64,000 bases of DNA, taken from positions 16,540,789 to 16,604,788 of the forward strand of contig NC_083409.1 of NCBI RefSeq assembly GCF_020745735.1, written 5' to 3'. The translations under genes and the position numbers were made by a program. Each line of letters begins with the position of its first letter. Position 1 is the first letter of the stretch. The stretch is from Hemiscyllium ocellatum (Eukaryota). Under the pieces are notes generated by a model. That model worked only from the letters and a program-made list of their open reading frames with translations. It was not told the DNA's origin and ran no database searches. Of the stretch, positions 59,201 through 64,000 are shown piece by piece.

Positions 59201-61500
59201 CTGCACTCCAAGATTTCGTTGCTCAGCAACACTGTCCAGGAACCTGCCCTGATTTGCCTTCCCAAAAAGCAATGCCTTTCACTTACCTAAATTAAACTCC
59301 ATCTCCCACTCCTTGTCCATTGGCCCATCTGAACATGCATTGATCATACATTACAAACCAGAACATATGGAAGACATATGTGAGACACAACTGCAGAATT
59401 GTGTCCAATTGTGGTCTGCTTATTAGATTAGATTACTTATAGTATGGAAACAGGCCCCTCGACCCAACAAGTCCTCACTGACCCTCCCAAGAGCAACCCA
59501 CCCAAACACATTCCCTTACACCTAACACCATTTGAGGAAGGATGTGGTGGCACTGGAGGCTGTTCAGATGATGTTCCCCAGACTGATCCCAGGGATGAAA
59601 GGGCTGTCCTATGAGGAGCAGTTAAATAGCTTGGGCTTGTACTCACTGGAGTTCAAAAGAATGAAGAAGGATCTGATTGAGGGATAGAAAATGTGAAAGG
59701 GGATTGAGAAGGTGGATATTGAATAGATGCCTCCCCCCTTGCGGGACAGTCTGGAACAAGAGGTCATCGATATAGAGTGAGAGGCGGTAGGTTCAAAACT
59801 GAAATGAGGAGAAACGACTTCTCCCAGAGGGTTGTGAATCTGTGAAACTCAATGCCCCAGAGTGCAGTGGAGGCAGAATCAATCAACAGGTTCAAGAACG
59901 ATGTGTTCCTGATGAAACGTGAGATAAAGAGCGATGGGGAGCAGGCAGGAGAGTGGAATTGAGACCAGGATAAGATCAGCCACAGTCATGTTAAATGGCG
60001 GAGTGGGGTTGAAGGGCTGAATTGCCTCCTCCTGCTCCTAATTCCTGTGTTGAGCACACAGTCAAGGATGACACTGCAAAACTGAGGGAGCTGTTGTCTT
60101 TCAGGTGAGGTACAAAACAGAGATCCTGCCTCAAAGCAAGCCTCATTAATGTGACAACGATAATGATCCCTGATTGCTGTCCAGCCTCAGCCTTCCCCAG
60201 TCTGGACTTCATTGGACTCCAGCCCCACAGCAATCTGGTTAACTCTAGGTGCCTTCTGAGAGGCCACAGCAAGGCCAGCAGTTCAAGGGCAATTAGTCTT
60301 GGGTAACAAATGCTGATCGATGCCAGTGACACCCACCTCCCAGAAAACAGAATGCAACAGAGATTGGTGTCAGCCAAAATTGTCAGATCAGACTCCCAAT
60401 GAGATGGGGAGATGGTTCAAATGAATTCAGCTCAGTATGGAACAGGTCCCCACTTGTTAGCACATCATCACTGACAAAATAAGGGGAGAAAACAGAAAAA
60501 TAAAGGTGAGAACACTCGAATGTTGGAATATCACTGAGAATTCAGGCAACTGAAGGAAGATATGAAGACCTGCAAAGGAAGACAAAAAGGAAGCAAGAGT
60601 TAAAAAAAATGATTGAGAAAGAGACCTGCAAGGGATCACAAGAATAACACAAATGTTTTACAAGAAAATTAGAAAATCAAGGCAGCTCCAGTGCAATGTG
60701 AGCCCTTTAATAACAAACTGGTAATTCCCTGAATGAGACTAAGGGAATGGCTGATATGTACAATAATTAGTTGTGTCAGTCTTCACAGTAAAGGAACGGG
60801 ATAATGCAGCTTCCACTCCAGGGAGGTTAGTAATGAATGGAAGATGGGAATTCATGAAACTTGATACTTGCCAGAAAACAGCATTGGAGAGTGAGCAGCT
60901 CTAAAGGCTGACAGATCTCCAGGACCTTAGGGGTTTAAAGGAAGGTGGGGGAGAAGAAGTTTCAGAGGCTTTTCCCATCAGATTCCAAAGCAGCAACGAT
61001 TCCTTTAGTTTGGAAAATGTCTTGCTGTAACTCCACGGGTTGAAGAAAGATGAGCGAAGGAACCGAGGAAATTATATCCTGGTCAATCTAACATCTCTTT
61101 TCGGGGCTTCATTGGAATCTATAATTAACAGCCGAGAGAATGAACATGTAGAGAATTGGAAATAGCCCACATAGATTTGTGATGGGTAAGTTCTAACTAA
61201 CAAACCAAATGTATTAAATAAAATAGTTGATAGGATGGATAGGCTTATCAACTTTCAGAAGTACTCGATCATTTACCACAAAACAGTCTGCTGACCAATA
61301 TTAAAACCCATGGGATTGAAGATGAATGTTTGACTTGGTTCAGAGGCTGGTTTAGTGACAGACAACAGAGAAAGAAAGTGACGAATGGTATTCCACAAGG
61401 ATTCTGTGGTGAGGCCTTAACTACTTACTGCATGTATTAATGAGGATCATAGTTCCACATTGAGACAAAGACTGATGGAATAGTAAGTGGTGAAGATGGC
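56290..61500. mobile_element. CR1 3' fragments: 56290-56830 (+), 58540-59330 (-), 59530-60045 (+), 60470-61500 (+, old); tail at 63720-64000 (-)
   Basis: SLEFRRM..TRAHSLRLRG..FTQGVVSLWNSL motifs. Confidence 0.75.
57058..57985 (+). mobile_element. Two older HE1-like V-SINEs (57058-57372; 57657-57985); tail-only pieces at 59422-59530 and 61560-61700 (-)
   Basis: V-domain GGAGTTTGCACATTCTCCCCGTGTCTG and pol III boxes. Confidence 0.75.
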
Positions 61501-61739
61501 GTTTTTGTTTAAAACTTACTTGGAGGGTGTTGCTGTCTGGGCCAGATTCCTTGTTGCCCTAGAGAATCATAGAATCATTATATGGTGTGGAAGCAGGCCA
61601 TTCAGCCCATCAAGTTCACACCAACCCACCAAACAGCAACCAGTCTAGATCAGCCCCTCCTTGTAATGCTGCATTTCCCATGGCTAATCCACACTCACAG
61701 AGCTTGTGAGTCCATTCAGTATTTCAACAACAATAGGAT

Positions 61740-62170
61740 AGAAACGTTTACAACCCAGCTGGTGCGTGTGATCCGGTTTGTTTACCTTCTCCCAGAATGT
61801 GGAGGATGAGGAAAAGTATTGCCAAGTGGTCTGGATCTGTGAGAATGCTGGCAGCCTTTACTCGACTGCGGGCCTATCGATGGAACCTGTAGATGGAAGG
61901 TTGACCTGTGTGATTTTCCGGGCTGCGTTGATCACTCTCTGCAACCGTTTCTGATCTTGAATGGTATAATTGCCATTTCAAGTAGTGATACATCCAGACA
62001 GAATGGTCTTGAATGCGCACCCCTAAAAGTTAGCAGGAATTTTCACCATCATGCCATTATTTAATTAACTATGCTACTTAACTATGTGATCTGCCTATTG
62101 CTCACAAGACGAAGCATTTCACTGTGCCTCGTCATACGTGACAAAAAATCAATTGATCCCAATTCAGTTA
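61740..62170. mobile_element. Rex1/Babar-type LINE 3' end with an apparent internal inversion
   Basis: 61740-62055 reads as a Rex1 ORF C-terminus on the minus strand; 62056-62170 is the family 3' tail (..TTTCACTGTGCCTC..ACGTGACAA..) on the plus strand. Confidence 0.5.
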
Positions 62171-64000
62171 AAAACTTTGAAGTGGAATTTACAAGAGAAA
62201 GAGCACGTATTGTCAGGCAGTGGTGCTCGCCACTATGACACCCATTCCGCATCGGAGATCGAAACGTCTAACTCCTTATTCCCAGACTGGGTCTCTGCTT
62301 TAGAATTCCCAAGTAGGGACAGATTCTTCCAAAATCTACCCTGTCAGGTCCCTGGAGAATTTGAAATGTTTCAGTGAAATCTCCTCCCAACCTTCTAAAT
62401 TCCAGGGATGAGATCTACAATCTCCTCCTGGCTTCCCAGAGAATCTGAGGATAAATCCCGTTCCTCACCCAGTCCCCCTCTCAATCATGAGACAATCCTC
62501 TCAACCTGTCAGATGAACTGTTGCTGGGCTTGATCATCTCAGTAACAGTTTCAAGGAGGGAAGGAGAAAGAAAGACTCATTCTGCTTTGCATCAATGCTA
62601 TAAGTTGAAAAAGCAGGAAAATATTGCCACCAAGTATTGTTCACATACTCTTTCTATTCATCAAAGTGCTGGATGAGGTTTCTTATGAATTTCAGGCCGT
62701 CACTGATGGTGTCCTTATATTCTTTATTTTGCCTTGTCTCTTGTTCATGTCATTTAGGAGAATGGAGTCAACCGAGAAGGAAATGAACAACAAAGTTTGT
62801 TTTCTCTGTTGATTGAATTCACCTTGCTTGCTCCTCTGATCACCTGAAGAAGGGGTGAGGCTTGTGTACTATAATAAACCTGTTGGACTATAACCTGGTG
62901 TCGTATGAGTTTGTGTTCAGTAAAGATAGGAAAGAGAGAAAATTGCGAGAAGTGGTGGGATTGTTCTGGAGCCAGACATTGCTGACCAACCTTAGGCCCT
63001 GAGATATGATGGAGATGAAGGGTGAACTGTGCCGGGCTTTAACTCACTGTTACCAGAGTAAAACAGGGATTACCCATTTCACAAAAGAGTAAATGGAACT
63101 AACAAACCAGGTGCATGTGAAACACCCACTCTGTCCCTGAGAGAGGGGGGACAAGAACAGGGACATTCTCAGACAGATAGGATGCTAAAAATGGTATCAT
63201 CCCGAGAGTGAAGGGTGGGGTGGGATAGTGACAGCGACACCCGCCCCCCCCCCAACCAAGAGAGTGAGGAAAGTAACACTGACACATTTAAAACTGTATT
63301 ATCACAAGTGAGAATTCAAACAGCCACCCACTCCGTCATACGGTGTTGAAGATGCACTGTCCTCATCAAAATATGTTTGCAAACCTCTTCACAACACGAA
63401 AGGGGAGAGAAACATTGGAAACTGTATTATCACGAGTGAGGGTCCATTTAAAACTTGGACCATGATGTGAAATGTTCTCAGCCGCAAACAACACTGGTGT
63501 ATTGATATCATTATCTTATTAAGCAATATTAAAACTTCGGCCAAATATTTCCTGCAGACAGTGTATTTAAAATATCAAGAGGCTTCCCACATTGTTGGTT
63601 TGATCAGTGACGTAGCAAGGAAGCAGCAGCTGCCCCATGAACTCCAACAAAAGAATGAGAACAGGCTCTTCATACAGAGCTGGCTCCCGAGAATCCAATT
63701 CAACAGCAGGGATCGAAGAACAAGGAACAATACAGCACAGGAACAGGCCCTTCGGCCCTTCAACCTGTGCTCACACATTGTGCCCTTCTATACTGAAACT
63801 ATCTTCATCAACAGGATTCGTATTCCCTCTATTCCCTTCCTATTCATGCATTAGTGCAGGTATTTCTTGAATACTTCTATTGTGTCTGCTTCCACCCCCT
63901 CTTCTGGCAGTGTGTTCCAGTTACTCAACTCCCTTTGTGTGAAATACTAGCCTCACACATCTCTTTTAAATTCCCCCCTCCCGCCGCACCTTGAACCTCT

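Noticed and set aside
52706-62126. CACTGTG at 52706, 53658 and 62120 as a kappa-deleting-element RSS
   Set aside because: No nonamer at the 23-bp position (at most 4/9 matches).

Overview
Vertebrate non-coding-rich DNA from a cartilaginous fish. The repeat content (HE1/V-SINEs, CR1/HER1-like LINEs, DeuSINE pieces) best fits a carpet or bamboo shark, which is an inference. The window holds two immunoglobulin kappa-type (shark NS4/type III-like) light-chain mini-clusters, arranged head-to-head as arms of an inverted duplication (about 1-15.9 kb versus 31.9-47.5 kb, with a spacer of about 16 kb). Cluster A (minus strand) is split and looks intact: promoter, leader, V, 12-RSS, 499-bp spacer, 23-RSS, J. 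Its C exon should lie left of the window. Cluster B (plus strand) has V already fused to J with both RSSs gone and both introns kept. It is a pseudogene: 3 stops, an out-of-frame junction, a dead J donor and a dead C acceptor, yet the C reading frame is intact. Arm comparison shows non-coding blocks more conserved than the V exon: a 157-bp identical promoter, a post-J block with Runx/ETS/E-box motifs, (CAG)n and a lone RSS heptamer, and an upstream block with an Ets-IRF composite, E-box and Runx site. Also present are short Penelope-type insertions carrying minimal hammerhead ribozyme cores, a Gmr1-like (SCAN-gag, PR-then-IN) gypsy relic, an arm-specific telomeric-repeat insertion, and 44-bp and 35-bp tandem arrays. 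No other host protein-coding gene is supported. Identity values are manual counts or by-eye estimates, and TE boundaries are approximate.
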